A program made the position numbers and the translations under genes. From NCBI GenBank assembly GCA_950097015.1, contig CATNEN010000024.1, positions 3,472,001 to 3,536,000 of the forward strand: a DNA stretch of 64,000 nucleotides, in the 5' to 3' direction. The notes under the pieces are model-generated. The model worked only from the letters and a program-made list of their open reading frames with translations. It was not told where the DNA came from and did not search any database. The first letter of the stretch is position 1, and each line of letters begins with the position of its first letter. The DNA comes from Macrostomum hystrix (lineage: Eukaryota > Animalia > Platyhelminthes). This document shows, piece by piece, positions 46,935 to 61,394 of the stretch.

Positions 46935-49900
46935 ATATCTACTTCTCTGTTTCCTGATGTCTACTTCTCTATTTCCTGATGTCCAGTTCTCTATTTCCTG
47001 ATGTATACTTCTCTGTTTCCTGATGTCTACTTCTCTGTTTCCTGATGTCTACTTCTCTATTTCCTGATGTCTACTTCTCTAATTCCTGATGTCTACTTCT
47101 CTGTTTCCTGATGTCTACTTCTCTGTTTCCTGATGTCTACTTCTCTAATTCCTGATGTCTACTTCTCTATTTCCTGATGTCTACTTCTCTGTTTACTGAT
47201 GTCTACTTCTCTATTTCCTGATGTCTACTTCTCTATTTCCTGATGTCTACTTCTCTATTTCCTGATGTCTACTTCTCTGTTTCCTGATGTCTACTTCTCT
47301 ATTTCCTGATGTATACTTCTCTATTTTCTGATGTCTACTTCTCTAATTCCTGATGTCTACTTCTCTGTCTCCTGATGTCTACTTCTCTGTCTCCTGATGT
47401 CTACTTCTCTGTCTCCTGATGTCTACTTCTCTGTCTCCTGATGTCTACTTCTCTAATTCCTGATGTCTACTTCTCCATTTCCTGATGTCTACTTCTCTGT
47501 CTCCTGATGTCTACTTCTCTATTTCCTGATGTCTACTTCTCTGTTTCCTGATGTCTACTTCTCTGTCTCCTGATGTCTACTTCTCTATTTCCTGATGTCT
47601 ACTTCTCTGTTTCCTGATGTCTACTTCTCTGTCTCCTGATGTCTACTTCTCTAATTCTTGATGTCTACTTCTCTATTTCCTGATGTCTACTTCTCTGTCT
47701 CCTGATGTCTACTTCTCTATTTCCTGATGTCTACTTCTCTATTTTCTGATGTATACTTCCCTATTTCCTGATGTCTACTTCTCTGTCTCCTGATGTCTAC
47801 TTCTCTGTTTCCTGATGTCTACTTCTCTATTTCCTGATGTCTACATCTCTATTTCCTGATGTCTACTTCTGTGTTTCCTGACGTCTACTTCTCTATTTTC
47901 TGATGTATACTTCTCTATTTCCTGATGTCTACTTCTCTGTCTCCTGATGTCTACTTCTCTAATTCCTGATGTCTACTTCTCTATTTCCTGATGTCTACTT
48001 CTCTATTTCCTGATGTCTACTTCTCTGTTTCCTGATGTCTACTTCTCTGTCTCCTGATGTCTACTTCTCTATTTCCTGATGTCTACTTCTCTATTTCCTG
48101 ATGTCTACTTCTGTGTTTCCTGATGTCTACTTCTCTATTTTCTGATGTATACTTCTCTATTTCCTGATGTCTACTTCTCTGTCTCCTGATGTCTACTTCT
48201 CTAATTCCTGATGTCTACTTCTCTATTTCCTGATGTATACTTCTCTGTCTCCTGATGTCTACTTCTCTAATTCCTGATGTCTACTTCTCTATTTCCTGAT
48301 GTCTACTTCTCTGTCTCCTGATGTCTACTTCTCTATTTCCTGATGTCTACTTCTCTGTTTCCTGATGTCTACTTCTCTGTCTCCTGATGTCTACTTCTCT
48401 ATTTCCTGATGTCTACTTCTCTGTTTCCTGATGTCTACTTCTCTGTCTCCTGATGTCTACTTCTCTAATTCTTGATGTCTACTTCTCTATTTCCTGATGT
48501 CTACTTCTCTGTCTCCTGATGTCTACTTCTCTATTTCCTGATGTCTACTTCTCTATTTTCTGATGTATACTTCCCTATTTCCTGATGTCTACTTCTCTGT
48601 CTCCTGATGTCTACTTCTCTGTTTCCTGATGTCTACTTCTCTGTTTCCTGATGTCTACTTCTCTATTTCCTGATGTCTACTTCTGTGTTTCCTGATGTCT
48701 ACTTCTCTATTTTCTGATGTATACTTCTCTATTTCCTGATGTCTACTTCTCTGTCTCCTGATGTCTACTTCTCTAATTCCTGATGTCTACTTGTCTATTT
48801 CCTGATGTATACTTCTCTATTTTCTGATGTCTACTTCTCTAATTCCTGATGACTACTTCTCTGTCTCCTGATGTCTACTTCTCTGTCTCCTGATGTCTAC
48901 TTCTCTAATTCCTGATGTCTACTTCTCTATTTCCTGATGTCTACTTCTCTGTCTCCTGATGTCTACTTCTCTATTTCCTGATGTCTACTTCTCTGTTTCC
49001 TGATGTCTACTTCTCTGTCTCCTGATGTCTACTTCTCTATTTCCTGATGTCTACTTCTCTGTTTCCTGATGTCTACTTCTCTGTCTCCTGATGTCTACTT
49101 CTCTAAATCTTGATGTCTACTTCTCTATTTCCTGATGTCTACTTCTCTGTCTCCTGATGTCTACTTCTCTATTTCCTGATGTCTACTTCTCTGTTTCCTG
49201 ATGTCTACTTCTCTGTCTCCTGATGTCTACTTCTCTAATTCTTGATGTCTACTTCTCTATTTCCTGATGTCTACTTCTCTATTTCCTGATGTCTACTTCT
49301 CTATTTCCTGATGTCTACTTCTCTATTTTCTGATGTCTACTTCTCTATTTCCTGATGTCTACTTCTCTATTTTCTGATGTATACTTCCCTATTTCCTGAT
49401 GTCTACTTCTCTGTCTCCTGATGTCTACTTCTCTGTTTCCTGATGTCTACTTCTCTATTTCCTGATGTCTACTTCTCTATTTCCTGATGTATACTTCTCT
49501 ATTTTCTGATGTATACTTCTCTATTTCCTGATGTCTACTTCTCTGTCTCCTGATGTCTACTTCTCTGTTTCCTGATGTCTACTTCTCTGTCTCCTGATGT
49601 CTACTTCTCTATTTCCTGATGTCTACTTCTCTGTTTCCTGATGTCTACTTCTCTATTTTCTGATGTCTACTTCTCTATTTCCTGATGTCTACTTCTCTAT
49701 TTTCTGATGTCTACTTCTCTATTTCCTGATGTCTACTTCTCTATTTTCTGATGTATACTTCCCTATTTCCTGATGTCTACTTCTCTGTCTCCTGATGTCT
49801 ACTTCTCTGTCTCCTGATGTCTACTTCTCTATTTCCTGATGTCTACTTCTCTGTTTCCTGATGTCTACTTCTCTGTCTCCTGATGTCTACTTCTCTATTT

Positions 49901-51595
49901 CCTGATGTCTACTTCTCTGTTTCCTGATGTCTACTTCTCTGTCTCCTGATGTCTACTTCTCTAATTCTTGATGTCTACTTCTCCATTTCCTGATGTCTAC
50001 TTCTCTATTTCCTGATGTCTACTTCTCTATTTCCTGATGTCTACTTCTCTGTCTCCTGATGTCTACTTCTCTAATTCCTGATGTCTACTTCTCTATTTCC
50101 TGATGTCTACTTCTCTATTTCCTGATGTCTACTTCTCTATTTCCTGATGTCTACTTCTCTATTTCCTGATGTCTACTTCTCTATTTCCTGATGTCTACTT
50201 CTGTGTTTCCTGATGTCTACTTCTCTATTTCCTGATGTCTACTTCTCTATTTCCTGATGTCTACTTCTCTATTTCCTGATGTCTACTTCTCTATTTTCTG
50301 ATGTATACTTCTCTATTTCCTGATGTCTACTTCTCTATTTTCTGATGTCTACTTCTCTATTTCCTGATGTCTACTTCTCTATTTCCTGATGTCTACTTCT
50401 CTATTTCCTGATGTATACTTCTCTGTTTCCTGATGTCTACTTCTCTGTTTCCTGATGTCTACTTCTCTATTTCCTGATGTCTACTTCTCTAATTCCTGAT
50501 GTCTACTTCTCTGTTTCCTGATGTCTACTTCTCTGTTTCCTGATGTCTACTTCTCTAATTCCTGATGTCTACTTCTCTATTTCCTGATGTATACTTCTCT
50601 ATTTTCTGATGTCTACTTCTCTAATTCCTGATGACTACTTCTCTGTCTCCTGATGTCTACTTCTCTGTCTCCTGATGTCTACTTCTCTAATTCCTGATGT
50701 CTACTTCTCTATTTCCTGATGTCTACTTCTCTGTCTCCTGATGTCTACTTCTCTATTTCCTGATGTCTACTTCTCTATTTCCTGATGTCTACTTCTCTGT
50801 CTCCTGATGTCTACTTCTCTAATTCTTGATGTCTACTTCTCTATTTCCTGATGTCTACTTCTCTGTCTCCTGATGTCTACTTCTCTATTTCCTGATGTCT
50901 ACTTCTCTGTTTCCTGATGTCTACTTCTCTGTCTCCTGATGTCTACTTCTCTAATTCTTGATGTCTACTTCTCTATTTCCTGATGTCTACTTCTCTATTT
51001 CCTGATGTCTACTTCTGTGTTTCCTGATGTCTACTTCTCTATTTTCTGATGTATACTTCTCTATTTCCTGATGTCTACTTCTCTAATTCCTGATGTCTAC
51101 TTCTCTATTTCCTGATGTCTACTTCTCTATTTCCTGATGTATACTTCTCTAATTCCTGATGTCTACTTCTCTATTTCCTGATGTCTACTTCTCTATTTCC
51201 TGATGTATACTTCTCTATTTTCTGATGTATACTTCTCTATTTCCTGATGTCTACTTCTCTGTCTCCTGATGTCTACTTCTCTGTTTCCTGATGTCTACTT
51301 CTCTGTCTCCTGATGTCTACTTCTCTGTTTCCTGATGACTACTTCTCTGTCTCCTGATGTCTGCTTCTCTGTTTCCTGATGTCTACTTCTCTGTTTACTG
51401 ATGTCTACTTCTCTATTTCCTGATGACTACTTCTCTATTTCCTGATGACTACTTCTCTGTTTCCTGATGTCCACTTCTCTATTTCCTGATGTCTACTTCT
51501 CCATTTCCTGATGTCTACTTCTCTATTTCCTGATGTATACTTCTCTATTTCCTGATGTCTACTTCTCTATTTCCTGATGTCTACTTCTCGGTTTC
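46935..51595. repeat. 22-bp satellite TCTACTTCTCT(A/G)TTTCCTGATG
   Basis: About 210 units, the largest array in the window. Confidence 0.98.
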
Positions 51596-51884
51596 CCGAT
51601 GTTTTATTTTTTGTGTTATGTTCTCCTACTTTTATGTCTTCACGCAAGGGGGAACTGCTTGCACTCCTATCAATTTTTTGTCAAAAGTTTCTTTTCATTT
51701 CATAAAATCAAGAAAGACAGAAAAAACCTCTGAGAGACAAAGCTAGAGAATGGCGCCCATGAATTGCTGAATCTTCTTTTAATGTTTTTTAAAGCGGCGA
51801 CTTGAGCAATGAAACTAGCTGTTAGAGAAGGGTTCTCCACATGCGACTGGCCAACTCTTCCCTACCCACTTTATGCCTTCACCC

Positions 51885-53040
51885 CCTCTCATCCTCCACG
51901 TCTCTCTCATCCTCGCCGTCTGTTTCATCCTCGCCGTCTGTTTCATCCTCGCCATCTGTTTCATCCTCGCCATCTGTTTCATCCTCGCCGTCTGTTTCAT
52001 CCTCGCCGTCTGTTTCATCCTCGCCATCTGTTTCATCCTCGCCATCTGTTTCATCCTCGCCATCTGTTTCATCCTCGCCGTCTGTTTCATCCTCGCCATC
52101 TGTTTCATCCTCGCCGTCTCTTTCATCCTCGCCGTCTGTTTCATCCTCGCCGTCTCTTTCATCCTCGCCGTCTGTTTCATCCTCGCCGTCTGTTTCATCC
52201 TCGCCATCTGTTTCATCCTCGCCATCTGTTTCATCCTCGCCATCTGTTTCATCCTCGCCGTCTGTTTCATCCTCGCCGTCTATTTTATCCTCGCCGTCTC
52301 TCTCATCCTCACCGTCTCTCTCATCCTCGCCGTCTCTCTCATCCTCACCGTCTCTCTCATCCTCACCCATTCTCATCCTCGCCGTCTCTCATCCTCACCG
52401 TCTCTCTCATCCTCACCGTCTCTCTCATCCTCACCGTCTCTCTCATCCTCGCCGTCTCTCATCCTCACCGTCTCTCTCATCCTCACCGTCTCTCTCATCC
52501 TCACCGTCTCTCTCATCCTCACCGTCTCTCTCATCCTCACCGTCTCTCTCATCCTCGCCGTCTCTCATCCTCACCGTCTCTCTCATCCTCACCGTCTCTC
52601 TCATCCTCGCCGTCTCTCATCCTCACCGTCTCTCTCATCCTCACCGTCTCTCTCATCCTCACCGTCTCTCTCATCCTCACCGTCTCTTTCATCCTCACCG
52701 TCTCTCTCATCCTCACCGTCTCTCTCTTCCTCGCCGTCTCTCATCCTTGCCCTGTCTCATACTCGCCCTGTCTCATTCTCAGCCAGTGTCTCATCCTCGG
52801 CCAGTCTCATCCTCACCCATTCTCATCCTCGCCGTCTCTCTCATCCTCGCCGTCTCTCATCCTTGCCCTGTCTCATCCTCGCCCTGTCTTATACTCGCCC
52901 TGTCTCATTCTCAGCCAGTGACTCATCCTCGCCCAGTCTCATTCTCGCCCAGTCTCATTCTCGCCCAGTCTCATTCTCGCCCAGTCTCATTCTCGCCCAG
53001 TCTCATTCTCGCCCCGTCTCATATTCGCCGTCTCTATCTT
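51885..53040. repeat. 18-bp minisatellite TTTCATCCTCGCCGTCTG grading into 16/18-bp variants
   Basis: Unit changes progressively along the array. Confidence 0.95.
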
Positions 53041-53379
53041 TAGCTTTTGTCTCAAATGTTTACCACATTCAATTCAGGTTTCAACATTTCATTTCAGGTG
53101 CATCACTCTACTGTTAGTAGAAATGTCAGTGGCTGTGTCGATTAAAAACAGATAGAGTATGAATATTTTAGTGTAATAATTTAATTTAATTTGGGAAAAA
53201 TGCTTCGCAGTTTGAATGCTGGCTCGTAGGATTTTGAATTAGCTAGTCTGAGAGATTTTGCAAATATTTCTAGCATGATCTACGAGTAAATAATTATTTA
53301 CTGCTCTCTCTAAATTCCTACTCTCTTGAAGCAGATTTAGACTGTTAGAAGCAATGCGAGGCTCAATTAACTGCCTCAC

Positions 53380-53670
53380 CGCTGGTCCCTCCGCCACCCT
53401 AATAACACCAGCAGCTCGGCGGTTGAACTCGCCGGTGCTTCGATGGCTCGCTTCGACGGCTGTTGCGAAGCTGGCATCCGCGGTCGTGACTTCGGTTGCC
53501 TCAAAGCCGGACGTCTCGTCTTGGCCGTCGCCGGCGCTATTTTTGTTTCCATGACAACGAACGTTAAGTAAGACACTGACGCGCGTTCGGCCTCGCCATT
53601 TGCCACCGTCGTCGTCGCCGAGGTAGTCGTTGGCGTAGTCTTCAAATAGCGGGTCCGGGGCTGCAGACAT
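53380..53670 (-). CDS. Candidate alternative N-terminal exon B (long, 97 aa)
   Basis: MSAAPDPLFEDYANDYLGDDDGG...GEFNRRAAGVIRVAEGPA|gtgagg, phase 0; acceptor gctttttcttag 29 nt upstream; GC-rich open frame. Confidence 0.62.
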
Positions 53671-54264
53671 GTCTCTCGGTTCGAGGTTCGAATTTTTTTC
53701 TAAGAAAAAGCAGCAAGACTCGAGCCTTGGGTGCTCAGATGGGACGCCAGCCGTTGAATTCTTCTTCTCAAAACGGAGCAGCTGTGCTCAGTGTTTTTCA
53801 TATCCTCGCGTCTCAGGCCAAGGGCTTCTCAGGGGATTGGCGGGCCGTGAATCCTCCTTTTCCCTTTCTTTTCCTGGTCAAGTCTCTCTTTTAGTCGAGA
53901 AAAAAATATATAGTCCTCTGTCTTGCCGCCGCCTGTGCTTCCGGTTATTTCTGCTTTTCGCTAGCAAATTTTCCATCGGACGGTCCGTTGGAACTCAAAT
54001 CCCTTCCTTAGTCCCATGTAAGCCCAACTTCACCTGACCTACATTGGGATTTGATGATAAGGATTTGCGAAGCGAGCAACTTTTTGTCTGCAAGCTGACT
54101 CCTTCAAAAACAACTGCCGAAATTTGATGTTGCTTTTTAATAGCGGGCAAACGCAATGGAAAGGCTTCCTTTCTTCAAAGCAGAAGGGAAGCCACCTTAA
54201 TTAAACCTTACTACAGGTAGTGCTTCGGTTTCGTATGCGTGGCACAAGCACTACACCGCTTTGC

Positions 54265-57200
54265 GTGACTCAAAAGTCATTTGTCAATCCGATCCCTTAT
54301 ATGACTCAAAATTCATTTGTCAATCCGATCCCTTATATGACTCAAAATTCATTTGTTAATCCGATCCCTTATATGACTCAAAAGTCATTTGTCAATCCGA
54401 TCCCTTATATGACTCAAAAGTCATTTGTCAATCCGATCCCTTATATGACTCAAAAGTCATTTGTTAATCCGATCCCTTATTTGACTCAAAAGTCATTTGT
54501 TAATCCGATCCCTTATATGACTCAAAAGTCATTTGTCAATCCGATCCCTTATATGACTCAAAAGTCATTTGTTAATCCGATCCCTTATTTGACTCAAAAG
54601 TAATTTGTTAATCCGATCCCTTATATGACTCAAAATTCATTTGTCAATCCGATCCCTTATATGACTCAAAAGTCATTTGTCAATCCGATCCCTTATATGA
54701 CTCAAAAGTCATTTGTCAATCCGATCCCTTATATGACTCAAAAGTCATTTGTCAATCCGATCCCTTATATGACTCAAAATTCATTTGTCAATCCGATCCC
54801 TTATATGACTCAAAAGTCATTTGTCAATCCGATCCCTTATATGACTCAAAAGTCATTTGTTAATCCGATCCCTTATTTGACTCACAAATCATTTGTTAAT
54901 CCGATCCCTTACATGACTCAAAAGTCATTTGTTAATCCGAGTCCTTATATGACTCAAAAGTCATTTGTCAATCCGATCCCTTATATGACTCAAAATTCAT
55001 TTGTTAATCCGATCCCTTATATGACTCAAAAGTCATTTGTTAATCCGATCCCTTATATGACTCAAAAGTCATTTGTCAATCCGATCCCTTATATGACTCA
55101 AAAGTCATTTGTTAATCCGATCCCTTATTTGACTCAAAAGTCATTTGTTAATCCGATCCCTTATATGACTCAAAAGTCATTTGTCAATCCGATCCCTTAT
55201 ATGACTCAAAAGTCATTTGTTAATCCGATCCCTTATTTGACTCACAAATCATTTGTTAATCCGATCCCTTATATGACTCACAAATCATTTGTTAATCCGA
55301 TCCCTTACATGACTCAAAAGTCATTTGTTAATCCGAGTCCTTATTTGACTCAAAAGTCATTTGTTAATCCGATCCCTTATATGACTCAAAAGTCATTTGT
55401 TAATCCGATCCCTTATATGACTCAAAACTCATTTGTTAATCCGATCCCTTATATGACTCACAAGTCATTTGTTAATCCGATCCCTTATATGACTCAAAAG
55501 TCATTTGTCAATCCGATCCCTTATTTGACTCACAAATCATTTGTTAATCCGATCCCTTATATGACTCACAAATCATTTGTTAATCCGATCCCTTACATGA
55601 CTCAAAAGTCATTTGTTAATCCGAGTCCTTATTTGACTCAAAAGTCATTTGTTAATCCGATCCCTTATATGACTCAAAAGTCATTTGTTAATCCGATCCC
55701 TTATATGACTCAAAACTCATTTGTTAATCCGATCCCTTATATGACTCAAAAGTCATTTGTTAATCCGATCCCTTATATGACTCAAAACTCATTTGTTAAT
55801 CCGATCCCTTATATGACTCACAAGTCATTTGTTAATCCGATCCCTTATATGACTCAAAAGTCATTTGTTAATCCGATCCCTTATTTGACTCACAAATCAT
55901 TTGTTAATCCGATCCCTTATATGACTCACAAATCATTTGTTAATCCGATCCCTTACATGACTCAAAAGTCATTTGTTAATCCGAGTCCTTATTTGACTCA
56001 AAAGTCATTTGTTAATCCGATCCCTTATATGACTCAAAAGTCATTTGTTAATCCGATCCCTTATATGACTCAAAACTCATTTGTTAATCCGATCCCTTAT
56101 ATGACTCACAAGTCATTTGTTAATCCGATCCCTTATATGACTCAAAAGTCATTTGTCAATCCGATCCCTTATTTGACTCAAAATTCATTTGTTAATCCGA
56201 TCCCTTATATGACTCACAAATCATTTGTTAATCCGATCCCTTATATGACTCACAAATCATTTGTTAATCCGATCCCTTCCATGACTCAAAAGTCATTTGT
56301 TAATCCGATCCCTTATTTGACTCAAAAGTCATTTGTTAATCAGATCCCTTATATGACTCAAAAGTCATTTGTTAATCCGATCCCTTATATGACTCAAAAG
56401 TCATTTGTTAATCCGATCCCTTACATGACTCAAAAGTCATTTGTTAATCCGATCCCTTATATGACTCAAAAGTCATTTGTCAATCCGATCCCTTATATGA
56501 CTCAAAAGTCATTTGTCAATCCGATCCCTTATTTGACTCAAAATTCATTTGTCAATCCGATCCCTTATTTGACTCAAAATTCATTTGTCAATCCGATCCC
56601 TTATATGACTCAAAAGTCATTTGTCAATCCGATCCCTTATTTGACTCAAAATTCATTTGTTAATCCGATCCCTTATATGACTCACAAGTCATTTGTCAAT
56701 CCAATCCCTTATTTGACTCAAAAGTCGTTTGTTAATCCGATCCCTTATATGACTCAAAAGTCATTTGTCAATCCGATCCCTTATATGACTCAAAAGTCAT
56801 TTGTTAATCCGATCCCTTATTTGACTCAAAAGTCATTTGTTAATCCGATCCCTTATATGACTCAAAAGTCATTTGTCAATCCGATCCCTTATATGACTCA
56901 AAAGTCATTTGTTAATCCGATCCCTTATTTGACTCACAAATCATTTGTTAATCCGATCCCTTATATGACTCACAAATCATTTGTTAATCCGATCCCTTGC
57001 ATGACTCAAAAGTCATTTGTTAATCCGAGTCCTTATTTGACTCAAAAGTCATTTGTTAATCCGATCCCTTATATGACTCAAAAGTCATTTGTTAATCCGA
57101 TCCCTTATATGACTCAAAACTCATTTGTCAATCCGATCCCTTATATGACTCAAAAGTCATTTGTCAATCCGATCCCTTATATGACTCAAAATTCATTTGT

Positions 57201-58210
57201 CAATCCGATCCCTTATATGACTCAAAATTCATTTGTCAATCCGATCCCTTATATGACTCAAAAGTCATTTGTCAATCCGATCCCTTATATGACTCAAAAT
57301 TCATTTGTCAATCCGATCCCTTATATGACTCAAAATTCATTTGTTAATCCGATCCCTTATATGACTCAAAAGTCATTTGTCAATCCGATCCCTTATATGA
57401 CTCAAAAGTCATTTGTTAATCCGATCCCTTATTTGACTCAAAAGTCATTTGTTAATCCGATCCCTTATATGACTCAAAAGTCATTTGTCAATCCGATCCC
57501 TTATATGACTCAAAAGTCATTTGTTAATCCGATCCCTTATTTGACTCAAAAGTCGTTTGTTAATCCGATCCCTTATATGACTCAAAAGTCATTTGTTAAT
57601 CCGATCCCTTATATGACTCAAAAGTCATTTGTTAATCCGAGCCCTTATTTGACTCAAAAGTCATTTGTTAATCCGATCCCTTATTTGACTCAAAAGTCAT
57701 TTGTTAATCAGATCCCTTATATGACTCAAAAGTCATTTGTTAATCCGATCCCTTATATGACTCAAAAGTCATTTGTTAATCCGATCCCTTATATGACTCA
57801 CAAGTCATTTGTTAATCCGATCCCTTATATGACTCAAAAGTCATTTGTCAATCCGATCCCTTATTTGACTCACAAGTCATTTGTTAATCCGATCCCTTAT
57901 ATGACTCACAAGTCATTTGTTAATCCGATCCCTTATATGACTCAAAAGTCATTTGTCAATCCGATCCCTTATTTGACTCAAAAGTCATTTGTTAATCCGA
58001 TCCCTTATATGACTTACAAATCATTTGTTAATCCGATCCCTTACATGACTCAAAAGTCATTTGTTAATCCGAGCCCTTATTTGACTCAAAAGTCATTTGT
58101 TAATCCGATCCCTTATATGACTCAAAAGTCATTTGTTAATCCGATCCCTTATATGACTCAAAAGTCATTTGTTAATCCGATCCCTTATATGACTCACAAG
58201 TCATTTGTTG
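54265..58210. repeat. 36-bp satellite ATGACTCAAAAGTCATTTGTTAATCCGATCCCTTAT
   Basis: About 110 units, nearly all with TGACTCA. Confidence 0.98.
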
Positions 58211-58392
58211 CGAGTCAAATAGCGATGCTAGAGTCTTTCTACAACAAGCAATGTCACCGTCTTTTTTATCAACAATTTTGTTCACAAAAATCGTATATTA
58301 GCAAACAAACTACTAACTAGTAGGGTGTTTGATACACTGTGCAAAAAACGAATCAGTCAAAAAATCATCAATTTGAAATAGATTTCACTCAC

Positions 58393-58503
58393 TGCCAAGA
58401 CCTCCGGAGGTATTTGATCGAATGCTGCATTTTTTCCTTGCTTTTTCTTAAAGTTTTCTCGGCCACCGCGCCGGTCGCCACCCGCTCCGGATGAGGCGTA
58501 CAT
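58393..58503 (-). CDS. Candidate alternative N-terminal exon A
   Basis: MYASSGAGGDRRGGRENFKKKQGKNAAFDQIPPEVLA|gtgagt, phase 0; acceptor ttttacttatttttatctag at 58643-58644, then (CCAG)n up to the ATG. Confidence 0.6.
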
Positions 58504-58504
58504 C

Positions 58505-58642
<138 letters not shown>

Positions 58643-58894
58643 CTAGATAAAAATAAGTAAAACAAAAAGATTCTCTCTTTATTTAATATGTTTGTCAAAT
58701 CTCTTTTTCTATTTTTAACAGAGACTTTTGTGCAATCGTTTGTACAATTATAATCAGTGAAACAAAATCTACTGTACTTTTACTATTTTACTATTTTCTC
58801 TCTAAAAAATAATTTAGCGAATAATATTTTGTTACTTTCTTAGCACGCAGTATTGACAGAAATGTATAGAAATTTTTCGATCTGTCTTTCGCGA

Positions 58895-59345
58895 TAGTCT
58901 TTCGACATCAAGCGTTGCTACTGTCTTCCGACAACTAGAGATGCTAGTCTTTCGACAGCAAACGATACTATAGTCTTTCGACAATTAGAGATGCTAGTCT
59001 TTCGACATCATGCGATGCTACAGCCTTTCGACATCATGTGATGATACAGTCTTTCGACATCATGCGATGATACAGTCTTTCGACATCAAGCGACGCCACA
59101 GTCTTTCTACATCAAGCGATGCTACAGTCTTTTGACATCAAGCGATGCTACAGTCTTTCGACATCAAGCGATGCTACAGTCTTTCGACATCAACGGATGA
59201 TACAGCCTTTCGACATCATGCGATGATACAGTCTTTCGACATCATGCGATGATACAGTCTTTCGACATCATGCGATGCTACAGCCTTTCGACATCAAGCG
59301 ATGCTACAGTCTTTCGACATCAAGCGATGCTACAGCCTTTCGACA
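58895..59345. repeat. 26-bp minisatellite AGTCTTTCGACATCAAGCGATGCTAC
   Basis: About 17 units. Confidence 0.92.
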
Positions 59346-59802
59346 CCAAGCTACAGCTGATGCTGGTACCTATTTTACAGCAGGGTGAATTCAGGCACTA
59401 GAAAATTCAAGAACATAGCTAAGAATTGAGATGCGAACTCCCGACCACTGTGTAAGAAGTTCATATTTTATCCCAATTTAGCCAGTATTTCCCTACTAAT
59501 AGCTTGTGCTTCTCATTGCTTAATCTCTGCCTAATCTCATTTTGGCCCCAATCCGCCACTTTATCTCATTGGAACTAATGTATTTAGCAAGTTGGCAACA
59601 GCCAGACTGAATGAACGCAATTGCTGTTGCCAAGCTTCAGTTAGTTTGTTGACTCAAAGGCAGTGGTTTGCGGCCAGCTAAACGACTAAGAGAGGAGAAA
59701 TATTCATAAATTTATGAGCACAGTGAGTGAGTGAGAGAGAGAATAGCTGAAATAGTGCCAAAATCGATTGAGCAGTTTGGGTAGCAGACTCAAGTGTGAC
59801 AC

Positions 59803-59837
<35 letters not shown>

Positions 59838-60179
59838 GGCACACAAAGAGAGCATACCACATACTGTAGTGAATCTACACCCGGACACCCCTAGCTGCAA
59901 CCAACACCTAAAAATATAGAGCTATGAGATCACTTATTAACTGAGACACTGCTTTGTTTTATTATTGCTTATAGCCGCACCAGCTGCAAACTGAATAAAA
60001 CAATGCAGAGCAAATTAGCACTTTTATTTTTAGTATTATGCTTATTGGTCTGACAGTGATCGGCGCTAAAATTTGTCGGAAAAATCGCTTTCTTGCTCAT
60101 GTTTTTCTTATGCAATCAACATACTAATGCAGTAGAAGTTAGGAAAAGCTGTTAATAAAAATAATTGAAGGCAGCTGGA

Positions 60180-60830
60180 ACTGTGATTTTTCCCGAAAAC
60201 TGTGATTTTTCCCGAAAACTGTGATTTTTCCCGAAAAACTGTGATTTTACCGGAAACTGTGATTTGTCCGGAAACTGTGATTTCCTAAAAACTGTGATTT
60301 CCTAAAAACTTTGATTTCCTAAAAACTGTGATTTTCCCGAAAACTGTGATTTTCCCGAAAACTGTGATTTCCTAAAAACTGTGGTTTTCCCGGAAAAAAT
60401 TATTTTCTCGAAAACTGATTTTGTCGAAAATTGTGACGTTGCCGAAAACTGTGGGTTTTTGGAAAACTGTGTTTTCCCGGAAAACAGTGATATTCCCGGA
60501 AAACAGTGATATTCCCGGAAAACAGTGATATTCCCGGAAAACTGTGATTTTCCCGGAAAACTGTGATTCTTCCGGAAAACTGTGATTTTCTCGAAAACTG
60601 TGATTTTCTCAAAAACTGTGTTTTTGTCGAAAATTGTTGTTTTTCGGAAAGTATGATTTTCTCGAAAACTGTGATTTCACGGAAACTGGGCTTTTCTGAA
60701 AATTTGTTTCCGGGATATTGTGATTCCACCAAAAAGTGTTATTTTTTCTAAACCTTTAATTCACGAAAGCCGTGATTTCCTGAAAATTGTGTTTCCCCAA
60801 AACTGGGTTTTTTCAGAAAACTATAGTTTC
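60180..60830. repeat. Minisatellite of about 19 bp, AAAACTGTGATTTTCCCGG
   Basis: Degenerate tandem array; second array at 63630-63890. Confidence 0.9.
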
Positions 60831-61394
60831 TTAAACAGTACTTTTCCAGAAAATGGTTTCTAGAAGACTTTAAAAAACTTATACTTCAATGCAAGATGAA
60901 AAGAAAATATACAGGAAAAGAAAACATTTAAAATCATTGAATGAACTTGTTATGCAGCGGTGCAAGTTAACAAGAGTATGTGGGTGTAGAGGGATGCGTG
61001 GGAGAGATTAATGAGGAGAAGAGAGGATGCTTAGTGTTGTGTTTCCATTCTGTCTGTCGATACGTGATACTTCAGGGCTTGAAAGTCGGACTTTTGTCTA
61101 CCCAGCCTTCGTCCCGTCTCTCTGTCTCTTGTTGCACTTTCACAGCTCTTTTCCCAACAGTCGTCGGGACTAAACATGAACAACTAAGAATCGTTATTGT
61201 TTAATTTACTCATTACTTTAACGTTACTTTAACTGTACTACTCACCTTACTACCTTTTACAGCACAACCTACCTCTCATCACACGGTTGACTAATGACGG
61301 TTGACTTATCACATTTTGTTCCGATCTAACTGCTTCAAACCACTCTACCCTTAATCTCAGAGTGTACTTGACATTTCCTAATCTGTTCGTTAAT

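Noticed and set aside
53063-53087. MLKPELNV|gtaaac and similar short ATG-to-GT matches (also near 51865)
   Set aside because: Weak donors, no upstream acceptor or motif similarity; treated as the chance background for short first-exon calls.
8180-58210. Regular arrays resembling CRISPR repeats
   Set aside because: Units are head-to-tail with no unique spacers, there are no cas genes, and the context is spliceosomal-intron eukaryotic DNA.
54625-58320. 1231-aa ORF of (MTQKSFVNPIPY)n
   Set aside because: A 36-bp unit without an in-frame stop gives an ORF automatically. It is antisense within the gene's first-exon region, has no splice or domain context, and one unit has a TAA near 54601.
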